A DNA stretch of 64,000 nucleotides from Desulfobacterales bacterium (lineage in GTDB: Bacteria > Desulfobacterota > Desulfobacteria > Desulfobacterales > UBA2174). Positions 38,875 through 49,330 of the stretch are shown piece after piece. The notes beneath the pieces were generated by a model. It did no database searches. It was not told the DNA's origin and saw only the letters and a list, made by a program, of their open reading frames with translations. Each line of letters opens with the position of its first letter. The first letter of the stretch is position 1. Position numbers and translations under genes: made by a program. The stretch covers positions 384,001 through 448,000 of the forward strand of contig CAXXWC010000019.1 in NCBI GenBank assembly GCA_963668645.2, written 5' to 3'.

Positions 38875-39570
38875 ATGCGCAACACGTCCAAAAAGCCGAC
38901 CCGCAAAGAACTGCTCAAGGAACCGGATCAATTCATCACCTTGAGCGGACGTCTAATCGCCTTTGGCCACCGTTATGGGCGTCAGCTGACTTACGCCGTG
39001 GTAGCAGTACTGGTTCTGCTGGCAGGATACACCGCGACGCGCTACTTCATCGCGCGGGCCGAAAACCGTGCGTTTACCCTCCTGGATCAATACAGCGCCC
39101 AGTACCGGCAGGCTCTGGCCGCCAAGGGGCCGCAGGCCGCTTTGGAAACGGTGGACAAAGGCTTTGCAGCGCTCATCGACGATTACGGCCGCCGCAGGGC
39201 CGGAGGCATGGCCAAGATCCGCTACGCAGAAATCTGTTATGCCGCCGGCCGCTACGAACAGGCCGCCGGCCTTTATGCGCAAGCCCTGAAAGATTTCGGC
39301 CAGGAGCCTTTTTACCGGGCACTGATTCTCAACGGCATCGGCCATGCCCACTGGCAAAACCAAAAGCTGGATCAGGCGGTTGTCTATTTCAACCGCATCG
39401 CCGAGGTCACCGATGCCCCGCTGCGGGCCCAGGCCCTGTTTGCATTGGCCGATCTTTATGCCGCCATGGGCCAGCCAGAAAAATCGAACGAGGCCTACCA
39501 GCGGCTTTCAAAAGACTTCCCGGATTCAGACTTGGTTCGGGTGGCGCGCGAATTTGAAAGTGGGGTTTAG
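38875..39570 (+). CDS. Membrane-anchored TPR protein (YfgM-like)
   Basis: RKELLKEPDQF, one TM helix, TPR-like helices. Confidence 0.8.
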   Translation: MRNTSKKPTRKELLKEPDQFITLSGRLIAFGHRYGRQLTYAVVAVLVLLAGYTATRYFIARAENRAFTLLDQYSAQYRQALAAKGPQAALETVDKGFAALIDDYGRRRAGGMAKIRYAEICYAAGRYEQAAGLYAQALKDFGQEPFYRALILNGIGHAHWQNQKLDQAVVYFNRIAEVTDAPLRAQALFALADLYAAMGQPEKSNEAYQRLSKDFPDSDLVRVAREFESGV

Positions 39571-39603
39571 CCGTGCACGGCTGAACTTGTTGTCCCCTGG
39601 CGG

Positions 39604-41034
39604 CTAAACGATGGCGGGGCCGGTACGATCGGCCCCTTCCTCTTCGGGGGTCTCGAGCACCGCGGCGACATCGATGTCGTACTTGCGCAGTTTTTGGTTC
39701 AACCCGCTCTTGCCGATTCCCAGAATCTCCGCAGCATGGGCCTGAACACCGCCGGCCATGCGCAGGGCGCGAACGATCATGCGTTGTTCGACCATGGCCA
39801 GGGTGTCGTAGAGCTTGGCCTCGGCCGGAATCCCCTCCATGCGCAAGGAATTGGAAACGGTATCGCGAAATTCACCCGGCAGGTCTTCGACGCGGATCGC
39901 GCTTTGCGGGCAGAGGATCATGGCCCGTTCGATGACATTTTCCAGCTCCCGAACGTTTCCCGGCCAGTGATAGGCATCGAATAAGCGGCCCACCGCGGCA
40001 TTGACCCCGATGATCGGCTCTCCGGTTTGGCGTTCGGCGGCGTGCTTCTTGATGAAATGGGCCACCAGCAGCCGGATGTCCTCCTTGCGTTGGCGCAGCG
40101 GCGGCAGATTGATGTGCACCACGTTGAGCCGGTAGAAAAGGTCTTCGCGAAACCGCCCCCTGGCCATCTCGGCGCGCAAATGGCGGTTGGTGGCGGCGAT
40201 GATTCGAATGTCCACCGATATCGGCCTGACGCTCCCGACCCGTTCGAAACTTTTTTCCTGCAGCACCCGCAACAGCTTGGCCTGCAAGTTGGTGGACAAT
40301 TCCCCGATTTCGTCCATGAACAGGGTCCCGCCGTCGGCAATTTCAAAACGCCCCTTTTTCATGGCATGGGCACCGGTAAAGGCGCCTTTTTCATGGCCGA
40401 ACAGCTCGCTTTCCAGCAGGCTTTCGGCCAGGGCGCTGCAGTTGACCGCCACAAAGGGCCGATCGGTGCGGCTGCTGTTGAAATGAATCGATTTGGCGAT
40501 CAACTCTTTGCCGGTTCCGCTTTCCCCTTCGATGAGGACCGTGGCGTTGGCCGGCGCCACCTTGCGCACCGTATCGAAAACGTTCTGCATCGGCTTGCTT
40601 TTGCCGATGATGTTGCCGAAACGATACTGATCGACCACCTGACCGCGCAGCCGGCGGTTTTCCTTCACCACGCGGTAGACCCCGATGGCCTTGTTGACGT
40701 AAACGACGAGCTGTTGGTTGTCAAAGGGCTTGAGGATATAGCTGTAGGCCCCTTTCTGCATCGCCTCGACCGCCTTGTCCACCGTCCCGTGGGCCGTCAT
40801 CATGATGACCGGCAGATCGGCATCACGCTTTTTGATCCGTTCGAGCAATTCGATCCCGTCCATCTGGGGCATCTTCATATCGGTGAGCACCAGATCGACA
40901 TCCGCTTGCTCCAGAATAGTCAGGGCCCCCCGGCCACTGTGCGCCACCAGGGTCTCGAAGCCCTCTTCTTCCAGAACAGCGCTCAAAATCAACGGGTAGT
41001 TTTTTTCGTCGTCCACGATCAGGACGGTTTCCAT
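39604..41034 (-). CDS. Sigma54-dependent response regulator (PilR/ZraR-like)
   Basis: LIVDDE, TDMKMP, GESGTGKE, GAFTGA, WPGNVREL, HTH AAEILGI. Confidence 0.93.
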   Translation of the reverse strand: METVLIVDDEKNYPLILSAVLEEEGFETLVAHSGRGALTILEQADVDLVLTDMKMPQMDGIELLERIKKRDADLPVIMMTAHGTVDKAVEAMQKGAYSYILKPFDNQQLVVYVNKAIGVYRVVKENRRLRGQVVDQYRFGNIIGKSKPMQNVFDTVRKVAPANATVLIEGESGTGKELIAKSIHFNSSRTDRPFVAVNCSALAESLLESELFGHEKGAFTGAHAMKKGRFEIADGGTLFMDEIGELSTNLQAKLLRVLQEKSFERVGSVRPISVDIRIIAATNRHLRAEMARGRFREDLFYRLNVVHINLPPLRQRKEDIRLLVAHFIKKHAAERQTGEPIIGVNAAVGRLFDAYHWPGNVRELENVIERAMILCPQSAIRVEDLPGEFRDTVSNSLRMEGIPAEAKLYDTLAMVEQRMIVRALRMAGGVQAHAAEILGIGKSGLNQKLRKYDIDVAAVLETPEEEGADRTGPAIV

Positions 41035-41250
41035 GGTTCCTCGCCATTGGGTGTCGGGCCGGCAGATCCATCCCGGCAGCACTCAAAACCCGAGCGGCGC
41101 CTGTGGATCCAGGACTGAGCGGTTCGGGCCGCCTGCCGGCCCCGAAAGCTGCTTGAACCGCTTGGCTCTCTTTATCGAAAAAAAGGGCCGATGCACTTGT
41201 CGATCAATCGCCGCCCGGCTCGGAGGCTTTGCGCTGCACCGTGGCACGGA

Positions 41251-42723
41251 TCAATCCGGCCGCAGCGGCAAACGCACCACCACCCGGGCGCCACCTTCAG
41301 ATCGGTTTTCGATATGCACCTGGCCATGATGGGCCTCGATGGTCTTGCGCACGATGCCCAGCCCGAGGCCCGTACCGCTGTCCTTGGTGGTAAAAAACGG
41401 ATCCCAGATCTTCTCCTGCCCATCTGCGGGCAACCCCTCTCCTTGATCCTCGAACCATACCACGGCCTGATCCTTCTGCGCCCGGGTCCCCACCCGGATC
41501 GTCCCGCCGTCGGGCATGGCCTGCATGGCGTTGATCAGGATATTGAGAAACGCCTGGTAGAGCATGTCGAAGTCCATCGGCACGCCCGGCAAGGACTCGT
41601 CGTATTGGCGATCCACCCGGCAGCCGCGGGTCTCGAGTTCAGAAGCCAGATTATTGAGTATCTTTTCCATCAGGTCGCTGATTGAACATTCGGCCATGCT
41701 CGGCTGGCGGGGGCGGGCGTAATTGAGAAAATCGGTGATGATCCCATTGAGGCGGGTCGCTTCCTCGACGATGATCCGCGGGATGCCGACAATCGGCGCT
41801 CCGCTGGCCAGCCGCTTCTCGAGCAGTTCGGCCGAGCTGCGGATGATCCCCAAAGGATTGCGGATTTCGTGGCTGACGGCGGCGATCATCTCCCCAAGGC
41901 TCGATAGGTGGGCCGCGCGGCTCAGTTCCTCCTTGAGCCGGATCCGTTCTAAATTGCGCTGCTCGATGATGTTTTCACCCCGTTTGACCACCAACGCCAG
42001 AACGGCCAGCAGACTGCCGAGCACCAGGGTCGATGTGATCATCATGGCGATCTGAAAATTGAAGACCGACTGGTAGTCGAGGCTGATGTCCTGGACGATC
42101 TCCACCGCACCCAGAACCGGTCCGGTGGCGGTCGACATGGGCCGTTCGGCACGCAGCGGGGCATAGGTGACCAGGCGGCTTTCTTCGGGAAATCCCAGGA
42201 AAATTTGCAGCCAGTTTCCCTTCTGGCGCAAACGATTGACCGTCTGCCCGTCTAGGGCGGCGGTCACGTCGCGCCCCTCGGCTTGGGACTTGCCGATCCG
42301 CCTGGTGTCGAAGCTGTAAGCGATCGTGCCGGCACGATCGTAAACATTGACCATCTCCACCTGAAAGCCGTGAAACGTGCTGCGCACCACCTTGTCCATC
42401 CGCTCGAACTGTTCTTCGCGGCGCAGCTCAATCTGCCCGTAGCGCACTGCCACGGGCAGCACGAACTGGGTAAAGACCTGGTGGTTGAGGTTTTCGATTA
42501 AAAGCCGTCCGTACTCTTCGCTCTTTTGCCGCAGCATGCTGCGCGCCCAGTGCGTGTTGGAAAGCGAGAGGACCAAGGTCCCCACCAGCACCAGCACCAA
42601 GCTGGTGTATGTGAAGTATTTGACCAGCCGGAAGGGTTTGGCCAGTTCAACGTTGGTAGGTTTGGCCTTTGACAACTTCTCAGACCGCAAGGTGGTGTTC
42701 GGTTGGACTGAAAATAAATTCAT
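41251..42723 (-). CDS. Membrane sensor histidine kinase (PilS-like by position)
   Basis: Two TM helices, [30 protein letters not shown]; start uncertain. Confidence 0.9.
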   Translation of the reverse strand: MNLFSVQPNTTLRSEKLSKAKPTNVELAKPFRLVKYFTYTSLVLVLVGTLVLSLSNTHWARSMLRQKSEEYGRLLIENLNHQVFTQFVLPVAVRYGQIELRREEQFERMDKVVRSTFHGFQVEMVNVYDRAGTIAYSFDTRRIGKSQAEGRDVTAALDGQTVNRLRQKGNWLQIFLGFPEESRLVTYAPLRAERPMSTATGPVLGAVEIVQDISLDYQSVFNFQIAMMITSTLVLGSLLAVLALVVKRGENIIEQRNLERIRLKEELSRAAHLSSLGEMIAAVSHEIRNPLGIIRSSAELLEKRLASGAPIVGIPRIIVEEATRLNGIITDFLNYARPRQPSMAECSISDLMEKILNNLASELETRGCRVDRQYDESLPGVPMDFDMLYQAFLNILINAMQAMPDGGTIRVGTRAQKDQAVVWFEDQGEGLPADGQEKIWDPFFTTKDSGTGLGLGIVRKTIEAHHGQVHIENRSEGGARVVVRLPLRPD

Positions 42724-42814
42724 CTTAGGCAATGGGACATGCAAAGTCAAGGTACCGCAACCGGACAACGGGCGGCCCGATAAATCTTCGGCCAAAGCCC
42801 TAGCGTGACTCAGC

Positions 42815-42860
42815 CCCCAATATATTGGGGATCTCGAAAGTGTGCCACAAGATAAAGTAA
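42815..42860. promoter_or_regulatory. Tandem NrdR-box-like sites in the divergent intergenic region
   Basis: Perfect palindrome CCCCAATATATTGGGG (42815-42830) and CCACAAGATAAAGTAA (42845-42860), compared with consensus acaCwAtATaTwGtgt. Confidence 0.5.
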
Positions 42861-43030
42861 TTACCTATCAATTATAGATAATTATGCATAAAATCCCTTG
42901 ACAAGCCATTGCCGAGCATCGATCATGATGATGTCAGCGCCTATTTTTATCAAATGATTCAATGCCCTTGACCATCTCGCCGCTCGACTGCGGCTGAAAG
43001 CTGTCTTCAAGACAAAAAAGGGGCTGTTCA

Positions 43031-43240
43031 ATGAGTGCTCCCAAAAGTCCGTTGCGGGAAATCCGCGAATCTCTTTTAATGAGCAAGGCCGAACTTGCGC
43101 GCAAGGCGGATGTTTCACCGATTACCATCGCCCGGATTGAAAAGGGGCTGCCTTGCCGTATGGAAACCCAACGCAAGATCCTGCTGGCCCTCGGCATGAA
43201 TTTTGCCGAAAAGAACCGGATTTTTACCAACTTGAACTAG
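43031..43240 (+). CDS. XRE-family helix-turn-helix protein
   Basis: LREIRESLLMSKAELARKADVSPITIARIEKG. Confidence 0.9.
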   Translation: MSAPKSPLREIRESLLMSKAELARKADVSPITIARIEKGLPCRMETQRKILLALGMNFAEKNRIFTNLN

Positions 43241-43249
43241 AGGCCCAAG

Positions 43250-44305
43250 ATGCTGTTCAGCAAAAAAGCCAATCTCATCGGGTTGGATATCGGATCGCGG
43301 GTCATCAAAGCGGGCCAGGTCGTCGAGACCAAAAATGGCCGCTCCTTGTTCCGCTTTGCCACGGCCGATATCGCACCGGGGATAATCGAAGACGGAGTCG
43401 TGAAAGATCCGCCGGCCGGGGCCCAGGCCATCAAGGAACTCTGGCGCCAGCACAGCTTCAAGGATCAGAACGTGGCCATATCCGTTGGCGGCTATTCGGT
43501 GATCGTGAAAAAAATCGCCGTTCAAAGCATGAGCGAGGAGCAGCTCCACGAAACGATCCAATTCGAGGCCGAGCAGTATATCCCCTTCGATATCAACGAG
43601 GTGAATATCGATTTTCAAATCCTCGGCGAAAGCGAGGGCGGGGCCAACTTGATGAATGTGCTGCTTGTGGCCGCCAAAAAGGAAATGGTCAACGATTACA
43701 TCAACCTGGTCCAACTGGCAGGGCTCAATCCCTGCGTGATCGATGTCGATGCCTTCGCGCTGCAAAATATCTACGAGCTCAATTACCCCAACGAAGACGA
43801 AAATGTGGCCCTCATCGATATCGGTGCGAGCAAGACCAGCTTGAATATCCTTAAAGGATTTCAATCGGTATTCATGCGCGATGTTTCCTTGGGCTGTGGG
43901 CAAATCAACCAGCGGATCATGTCGTTGATCGACTGCAGCCCCCAGGAGGCCGAACGGATCAAGCTCACCAAGCAAAGCGAATCCGTTTCTTTGACGGACA
44001 TGTCCGGAATCGTCACCGCCGTGGTCACCGACTGGTGCAACGAGATCCGGCGCGCCTTGGACTTTTTCTACTCCACCTATCCGGAAGACCAGATTAAACG
44101 CATCATTTTGAGCGGCGGTGGAGCGCGCATCGACGAATTTCGCGACCTGCTGGCGGCCGACACATCCGCCGAGGTAGAGACCATCCAACCGTTTCAGGCG
44201 TTTCAGATCGAAAAGGATCGTTTCAGCGGTGAATTCCTGGACCAGGCGGCTCCCCAGGCCGCGATTTGCATGGGGTTGGCCATCAGGAAGGTCGATGACA
44301 AATGA
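43250..44305 (+). CDS. pilM: Type IV pilus assembly protein PilM
   Basis: IGLDIGS, EAEQYIPF, LLVAAKK, IDVDAFAL, LIDIGA, LSGGGA, MGLAIR. Confidence 0.96.
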   Translation: MLFSKKANLIGLDIGSRVIKAGQVVETKNGRSLFRFATADIAPGIIEDGVVKDPPAGAQAIKELWRQHSFKDQNVAISVGGYSVIVKKIAVQSMSEEQLHETIQFEAEQYIPFDINEVNIDFQILGESEGGANLMNVLLVAAKKEMVNDYINLVQLAGLNPCVIDVDAFALQNIYELNYPNEDENVALIDIGASKTSLNILKGFQSVFMRDVSLGCGQINQRIMSLIDCSPQEAERIKLTKQSESVSLTDMSGIVTAVVTDWCNEIRRALDFFYSTYPEDQIKRIILSGGGARIDEFRDLLAADTSAEVETIQPFQAFQIEKDRFSGEFLDQAAPQAAICMGLAIRKVDDK

Positions 44306-44901
44306 TACGCATTAATCTTCTGCCTTTTCGTGCCGCTCGCAATAAGGAAAATGTCCGGCGGCAGGTGTCGGTCTTCGTGTTGTCCATGTTTTTGGTACTG
44401 GCCGGCCTGTACTGGTACCACATTTCCCTGGGCACTCAACTGGATGAAATCCAGGGACGGGTGGAAGCGACCAAAGGAGAACTCAAAAAGCTGGAAGCCC
44501 AGCTCAAAGAAATCAAAAAGATTCGCAAGATTCTCGATACCATCCAGCGCAAAACAGCCGTTATCGAGGACCTGGAGTTGAGCCGCGAAGCGGCCGTGCG
44601 GCTGATGGATGCGATCACCCAGCTGGTGATCGAAGATCGACTCTACCTGACACGAATGCGCATGAGCGGAAACCGGGTGGAACTCGGCGGGGTAGCCGCG
44701 GACAACCAGACCATCGCCGATTTCATGACACGGATAGAAGAATCCGGGCTTTTCGACAAGGTCACCCTCGAATCGACAACCGCCGAAAAGGGCAAAAGCG
44801 ACCTGACCCTTCAACGATTCAGCATTGTCTGTGCCAAAAAATCACTGGTGCGTTCCGAGTCGTCGGCTCAGCAGGAAGCTAAAAAGGCGGGGAAAAAATG
44901 A
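44302..44901 (+). CDS. pilN: Type IV pilus assembly protein PilN
   Basis: MIRINLLP, TM helix, coiled coil. Confidence 0.93.
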   Translation: MIRINLLPFRAARNKENVRRQVSVFVLSMFLVLAGLYWYHISLGTQLDEIQGRVEATKGELKKLEAQLKEIKKIRKILDTIQRKTAVIEDLELSREAAVRLMDAITQLVIEDRLYLTRMRMSGNRVELGGVAADNQTIADFMTRIEESGLFDKVTLESTTAEKGKSDLTLQRFSIVCAKKSLVRSESSAQQEAKKAGKK

Positions 44902-45536
44902 AAAAAGCCAGCTTCAGCGAAACATTAACCCCCGTCGTCGAGCGCATCCAGAGGCTTACGACGCTTCAGCGTGTATTGATCTACGTATTGACGATCGTGC
45001 TGCTGGTGGGCAGTTTCGTCTACTTTTCGTTCATGCCCAAGTATGAACGGCTGCAGGCGCTGGAAACCGAATACCAGGACCTGGAAGCCAAATTGGTACA
45101 AGCCCGCAATGCAGCGCGCCAGCTGCCCGCGTTGAAAAAAGAGTTGGCCGCGGCCGAAGTGCGCTTCAACACGGTCCAACGGGCCTTGCCGGAAAACGAA
45201 GAAATCCCTTCTTTGCTGGCCAGTATTTCCCGCTCGGGCAGCGAAGTGGGGCTGGACTTTTTGCTTTTCCAACCCAAGGCCGAGGCAAGCCGGGAGTTTT
45301 ACGCCGAAATCCCGGTCGATATCCGCGTTCAGGGCAGCTTTCACAGCGTCGGGCTGTTCTTCGACCGCGTGGCGCATCTGCCGCGGATTGTCAACATTCT
45401 GGATGTCACGATGGTCCCCGAAAAGGCTTCCAAAGGACCTTACAGCAACCTGGTGACCTCTTGCACGGCGACGACCTATAAATTCGTCGAGGCGCCACCG
45501 CCCGACGCCAAAAAGCCGTCCAAACGAAGAAAGTGA
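44898..45536 (+). CDS. pilO: Type IV pilus assembly protein PilO
   Basis: LPENEEIPSLL, FYAEIPV, GSFH, LPRIVN. Confidence 0.94.
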   Translation: MKKASFSETLTPVVERIQRLTTLQRVLIYVLTIVLLVGSFVYFSFMPKYERLQALETEYQDLEAKLVQARNAARQLPALKKELAAAEVRFNTVQRALPENEEIPSLLASISRSGSEVGLDFLLFQPKAEASREFYAEIPVDIRVQGSFHSVGLFFDRVAHLPRIVNILDVTMVPEKASKGPYSNLVTSCTATTYKFVEAPPPDAKKPSKRRK

Positions 45537-45542
45537 TTGATC

Positions 45543-46445
45543 ATGGCCAGATGTCGGATATCGATCCTCCTTAGTGCCGCCTGCCTCTGGGCCGGCCTGC
45601 TGCTTTTGGCGTGCAGCCCCTCGGAGGAAACACCGGCACCCGTCCAGCGGGTGGTCAAGGGCAAAATCCCGGCAGCCGGAGACCAACGGGCATCCGCACC
45701 GAAACCGGCCCCTCGTCCTGCTGCGCCCCCTGCAGCGGCCCCGGCGCCGGCCGCCGCTAAACCGGCCCCGCCCCAAGCCGCCTCTGCCCCCGCGCCGCCG
45801 GCACCGGCATCACCGCCCGCGACGATCTCCACTGGTCCGGTCCCGGCCAAAGTGCCGGCAGCCCCCGAACCCGCACCGGCCCAACCGGCGGCGGCCCAGG
45901 CTCAAGCGGCATCTGCGGCACCGGCCCAACCCGAACCTCCGGCTCCGGCAAACGATCCCGGCGGCCCGAACGGTTCACCGGCGGCCCAAGCCGAAACGAA
46001 AGGGGAAGCACCCAAAGACGCGGCGCCGACCATCGATGTGAAGGATTTGCTCACGTTCGAAAAGGCGTATTCATATGATCCAGAAGGCAAGATCGATCCG
46101 TTCGTGGCGGTATTCGAAACCCAGGAACCGACCGAGATGGAAAGCGAGAAAGGCAAGCCCGCCAAACGGATTCCACAGTCTCCGTTGGAGATGGTCGATT
46201 TGAGCCAGCTCAAACTGACCGGCGTGATTCTGGCCCCCAGCGGCGATCGGGCTCTGGTTCAGGATGCCAGCGGCAAAGGCTATATCGTCCATCCCGGAAC
46301 TTACCTCGGCAACCGTGAAGGTCAAGTTTCCAAAATTCTCCAAGACCGTCTGATCGTTACCGAAAAAGACCAGGACAACCTGGGCCGGCCGGTGACTGTC
46401 GAGCGTGAGATCAAACTTCCCAAACCCCCTGGTGGAGAGATGTAA
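45543..46445 (+). CDS. pilP: Type IV pilus lipoprotein PilP with long Pro/Ala linker
   Basis: Lipobox LLAC, YDPEGKIDPF, SPLE..DLSQLKLTGV, GYIV..G.YLG...G.V. Confidence 0.9.
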   Translation: MARCRISILLSAACLWAGLLLLACSPSEETPAPVQRVVKGKIPAAGDQRASAPKPAPRPAAPPAAAPAPAAAKPAPPQAASAPAPPAPASPPATISTGPVPAKVPAAPEPAPAQPAAAQAQAASAAPAQPEPPAPANDPGGPNGSPAAQAETKGEAPKDAAPTIDVKDLLTFEKAYSYDPEGKIDPFVAVFETQEPTEMESEKGKPAKRIPQSPLEMVDLSQLKLTGVILAPSGDRALVQDASGKGYIVHPGTYLGNREGQVSKILQDRLIVTEKDQDNLGRPVTVEREIKLPKPPGGEM

Positions 46446-46446
46446 A

Positions 46447-49077
46447 ATGAGCACAGCAACGAAACGCCACACGTTCTGGGGCGCCGTCGCAGTCACCCTT
46501 TGGCTGGTGGCCATCACTACGGGGTGTGCCGCCCCGCAGGGGGCATCCGTACCGGCGGCCCAACCCGAAACGGGTCCGGCCAAACAGATTCTGGGAATCG
46601 TCGCCGAAAGCGGCCCTGAAGGGGACCGGATTCGCATTCTTGGCAACCAGTCTCTCACATTTACCGTCGTTACCCAGCCGACACCCTTGGGAGTGGTCCT
46701 CTATCTGCCCGATACCACCCTGGCACTGGAAGCCGTATCCCTCGAGGCCCTGGCATTGTCCCCGGTCCTGGCAGAAGTCCACTCCGGCCAGCAGCAGGAT
46801 GATCCGTCCACAGCGCGGATCGAAATTTTGCTCGAACGAGAAGCGCCCTACGAGGCCATCCGGGACGACCACGACGTGATCGTCAACTTTACCCGGCCGG
46901 CCCCCTCCGTGGCCGCCACGCCGGCCAAAGCCGAACCCGCGCCGCTGGAGACCAAGGCCGGCAGCGCTGCAACGGCCACCAGGATGCAGGCCATCACCGC
47001 CCAAAGGTTGGAAAACGGGGTTGAAATCCGCATCCGCGCCGATGGCCCGGTTGAAGATTACGTTTCGTTTACGCTCCACGATCCGGATCGCATCGTCTAC
47101 GATCTTTACGCAGTGAGCAGTCCGTATAAAACGGAACAGTCCATCGAACTCAACACGCCCTGGCTGACCCGGGTGCGCCATTACGGCGATAGTGAAAAAC
47201 TGCGGGTGGTCCTGGACAGCGACGCCAAAAACTTCGAGGCCACCACGGCCCTGCCGATTCAGGACGGACTTTTGATTCAGGTCGGCCAAGTGGCCCGCCA
47301 GACCGAGGCGACCCCGGTCCCCGCCAGTGCTACGCCCGCCTCGACCGCCTGGGTCAACCGGATCGATTTTTCCGCCGAGCCTTCGGGAAACTCGGTGGTT
47401 ATCGTCGGCACCACCCGCCCGGTGGAATACGAATTGGAAAAGATTGATGCCCGCCGTCTGGAGTTGAAACTGGCCAAAGCGCAAATCCCCGGCTTTCGCC
47501 GCCGTCCTCTGGTCACCACCCGGTTCGAAAGTGCCGTGGACCGTATCATTCCGGTCCAGGACGAACGGCTCAAAGACACCGGAGTGCTTACCATCGAGTT
47601 GCGCGAAGCGGTTCCCTACACCGTGGAACAGGTGGAAAACCTGATCATGGTCCACTTCAACCCCTCCAGCGTGGCCCCCCAGAGCGAAGAACACGCCAAT
47701 CTGCCCGCCTGGCAGCAGGTGGTTTCCGATACGGTCGATCGCAAGGGCCAAGCCACCACCACCGCCATCGCCGCCGCTCCTGCCCCAACCGCCCCGGCGA
47801 AGGTTCAAAAAATGGCCGCCGGCCTATCCTCCTTTCCCGGGGTCTACACCGGGGAAAAAATCGCTCTCGATTTTTACGAAACCGATATAAAAAATGTTTT
47901 CCGTATCCTTCGCGAGGTCAGCGGCAAGAACTTCGCCATCGATCAGGATGTGCGCGGCATGGTGACCTTGACCCTCGACAAACCGGTTCCCTGGGACCAG
48001 GTCCTGGATCTGGTTCTCAAGATGAATCAGCTCGGAATGACCTATGAGGGGGATATCATCCGCATCGCCACCCTCAAGACCCTGCAGCAAGAGGAAAAGC
48101 TGCGCCAGGACACCCTGGCCGAAATGCAAAAATCCCGCGAACAGCAAAAGGCCCTCGAACCGCTGGTGACCGAGTATATCGCCATCAACTACGCCACGGT
48201 GACCGATGTCGAACAAAAAATAAAAGATCTGATCACCAAGGACCGGGGGCACTATGTCATCGATGAGCGCAACAGCCAGCTGATCGTGAGCGATACGGCC
48301 CAAAAAATCATAGAAATCCGGGAGCGGGTGGAGCGCCTGGACAAGATCACGCCCCAGGTGCTGATCGAAGCGCGGATCGTGGAAGCGACCAAGAACTTCT
48401 CGCGCGAACTGGGAACGACCTTCGGCATCGGCCCGGGATCGTCGTCATTCAGCAGCGACACCCTGGGTGGTGACTGGAACCTTTCTCTGACCTCCAACTT
48501 CCCCCAAGGCACGACCGTGGGCTCGGGGCCGGGGATCTCCTTCGACTTTTCCAGGCTGGTGGGATCTCCGCTGGCCATCAATGCCGCCATCGATGCGGCC
48601 GAAACCGAGGGGGAAACCAAAATCATCAGTTCCCCGAGGATCCTGACCAAAAACGACTTCGAGGCGATGATCAGCCAGGGATTGACGACCTACCAAACCA
48701 TCACCGTCGACGGGACGCCGACCCAGGAAGAAGTGGAGATCAATCTGGAACTGAAAGTCAAGCCGCTGGTCAAGCAGGACAACCGGATCAACATGACCAT
48801 CAAGGTCAAAAAGGAAGATTTTGCAGGGTTGGTGAACGGGAATGTTTCCAAATCCACCAACGAGGCCGAGACGGAACTTCTGGTCAATGACGGTGAAACG
48901 ATTGTCATCGGCGGCATCACCAAAAGCAACGACACCATGTCCGAAGAAGGTTTCCCGATTTTGCGCGACGTCCCGGTGCTCGGATGGTTGTTCAAGTCCG
49001 AGGACAAACAATCAACCAAGAATGAACTGATGATTTTCATCACGCCCAGAATCGTCAGCCTGGAGCCGGCAAAGTAA
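46447..49077 (+). CDS. pilQ: Type IV pilus secretin PilQ with N-terminal AMIN domains
   Basis: YTGEKIALDF, VPWDQVLD, QVLIEARIVEA, GETIVIGG, P.L.DVPVLGWLFK, ELMIFITPRI. Confidence 0.95.
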   Translation: MSTATKRHTFWGAVAVTLWLVAITTGCAAPQGASVPAAQPETGPAKQILGIVAESGPEGDRIRILGNQSLTFTVVTQPTPLGVVLYLPDTTLALEAVSLEALALSPVLAEVHSGQQQDDPSTARIEILLEREAPYEAIRDDHDVIVNFTRPAPSVAATPAKAEPAPLETKAGSAATATRMQAITAQRLENGVEIRIRADGPVEDYVSFTLHDPDRIVYDLYAVSSPYKTEQSIELNTPWLTRVRHYGDSEKLRVVLDSDAKNFEATTALPIQDGLLIQVGQVARQTEATPVPASATPASTAWVNRIDFSAEPSGNSVVIVGTTRPVEYELEKIDARRLELKLAKAQIPGFRRRPLVTTRFESAVDRIIPVQDERLKDTGVLTIELREAVPYTVEQVENLIMVHFNPSSVAPQSEEHANLPAWQQVVSDTVDRKGQATTTAIAAAPAPTAPAKVQKMAAGLSSFPGVYTGEKIALDFYETDIKNVFRILREVSGKNFAIDQDVRGMVTLTLDKPVPWDQVLDLVLKMNQLGMTYEGDIIRIATLKTLQQEEKLRQDTLAEMQKSREQQKALEPLVTEYIAINYATVTDVEQKIKDLITKDRGHYVIDERNSQLIVSDTAQKIIEIRERVERLDKITPQVLIEARIVEATKNFSRELGTTFGIGPGSSSFSSDTLGGDWNLSLTSNFPQGTTVGSGPGISFDFSRLVGSPLAINAAIDAAETEGETKIISSPRILTKNDFEAMISQGLTTYQTITVDGTPTQEEVEINLELKVKPLVKQDNRINMTIKVKKEDFAGLVNGNVSKSTNEAETELLVNDGETIVIGGITKSNDTMSEEGFPILRDVPVLGWLFKSEDKQSTKNELMIFITPRIVSLEPAK

Positions 49078-49114
49078 ATTCATAGAGATCCATTTAAGCT
49101 TGATCCCCGAATAG

Positions 49115-49145
49115 CGACGGGCGCCTGGTTTTCAGGCGCCCGTCG
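49115..49145. terminator. Hairpin terminator after pilQ
   Basis: CGACGGGCGCCTG-GTTTT-CAGGCGCCCGTCG. Confidence 0.75.
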
Positions 49146-49330
49146 GTGTTTGAGCCGGGGCTGCGGCTAAGATGGACCGGCTCCGGGTAACAAGTTTGCA
49201 CGCCTGCGCGGCGCGCAAGGCCGCTGACGGCGTCCGCGATGCCGGTTGCCTTGCGAACCTGGCCCCGGCCGCTTGAGCCGGCCTCCGGGTTGCGGGTGCG
49301 GGCAAATCGAGACGCAGATTTACAGCTCTT

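Noticed and set aside
45660..46030. Repeat-like GC-rich tract in pilP
   Set aside because: Low-complexity Pro/Ala coding linker, not a DNA repeat array.
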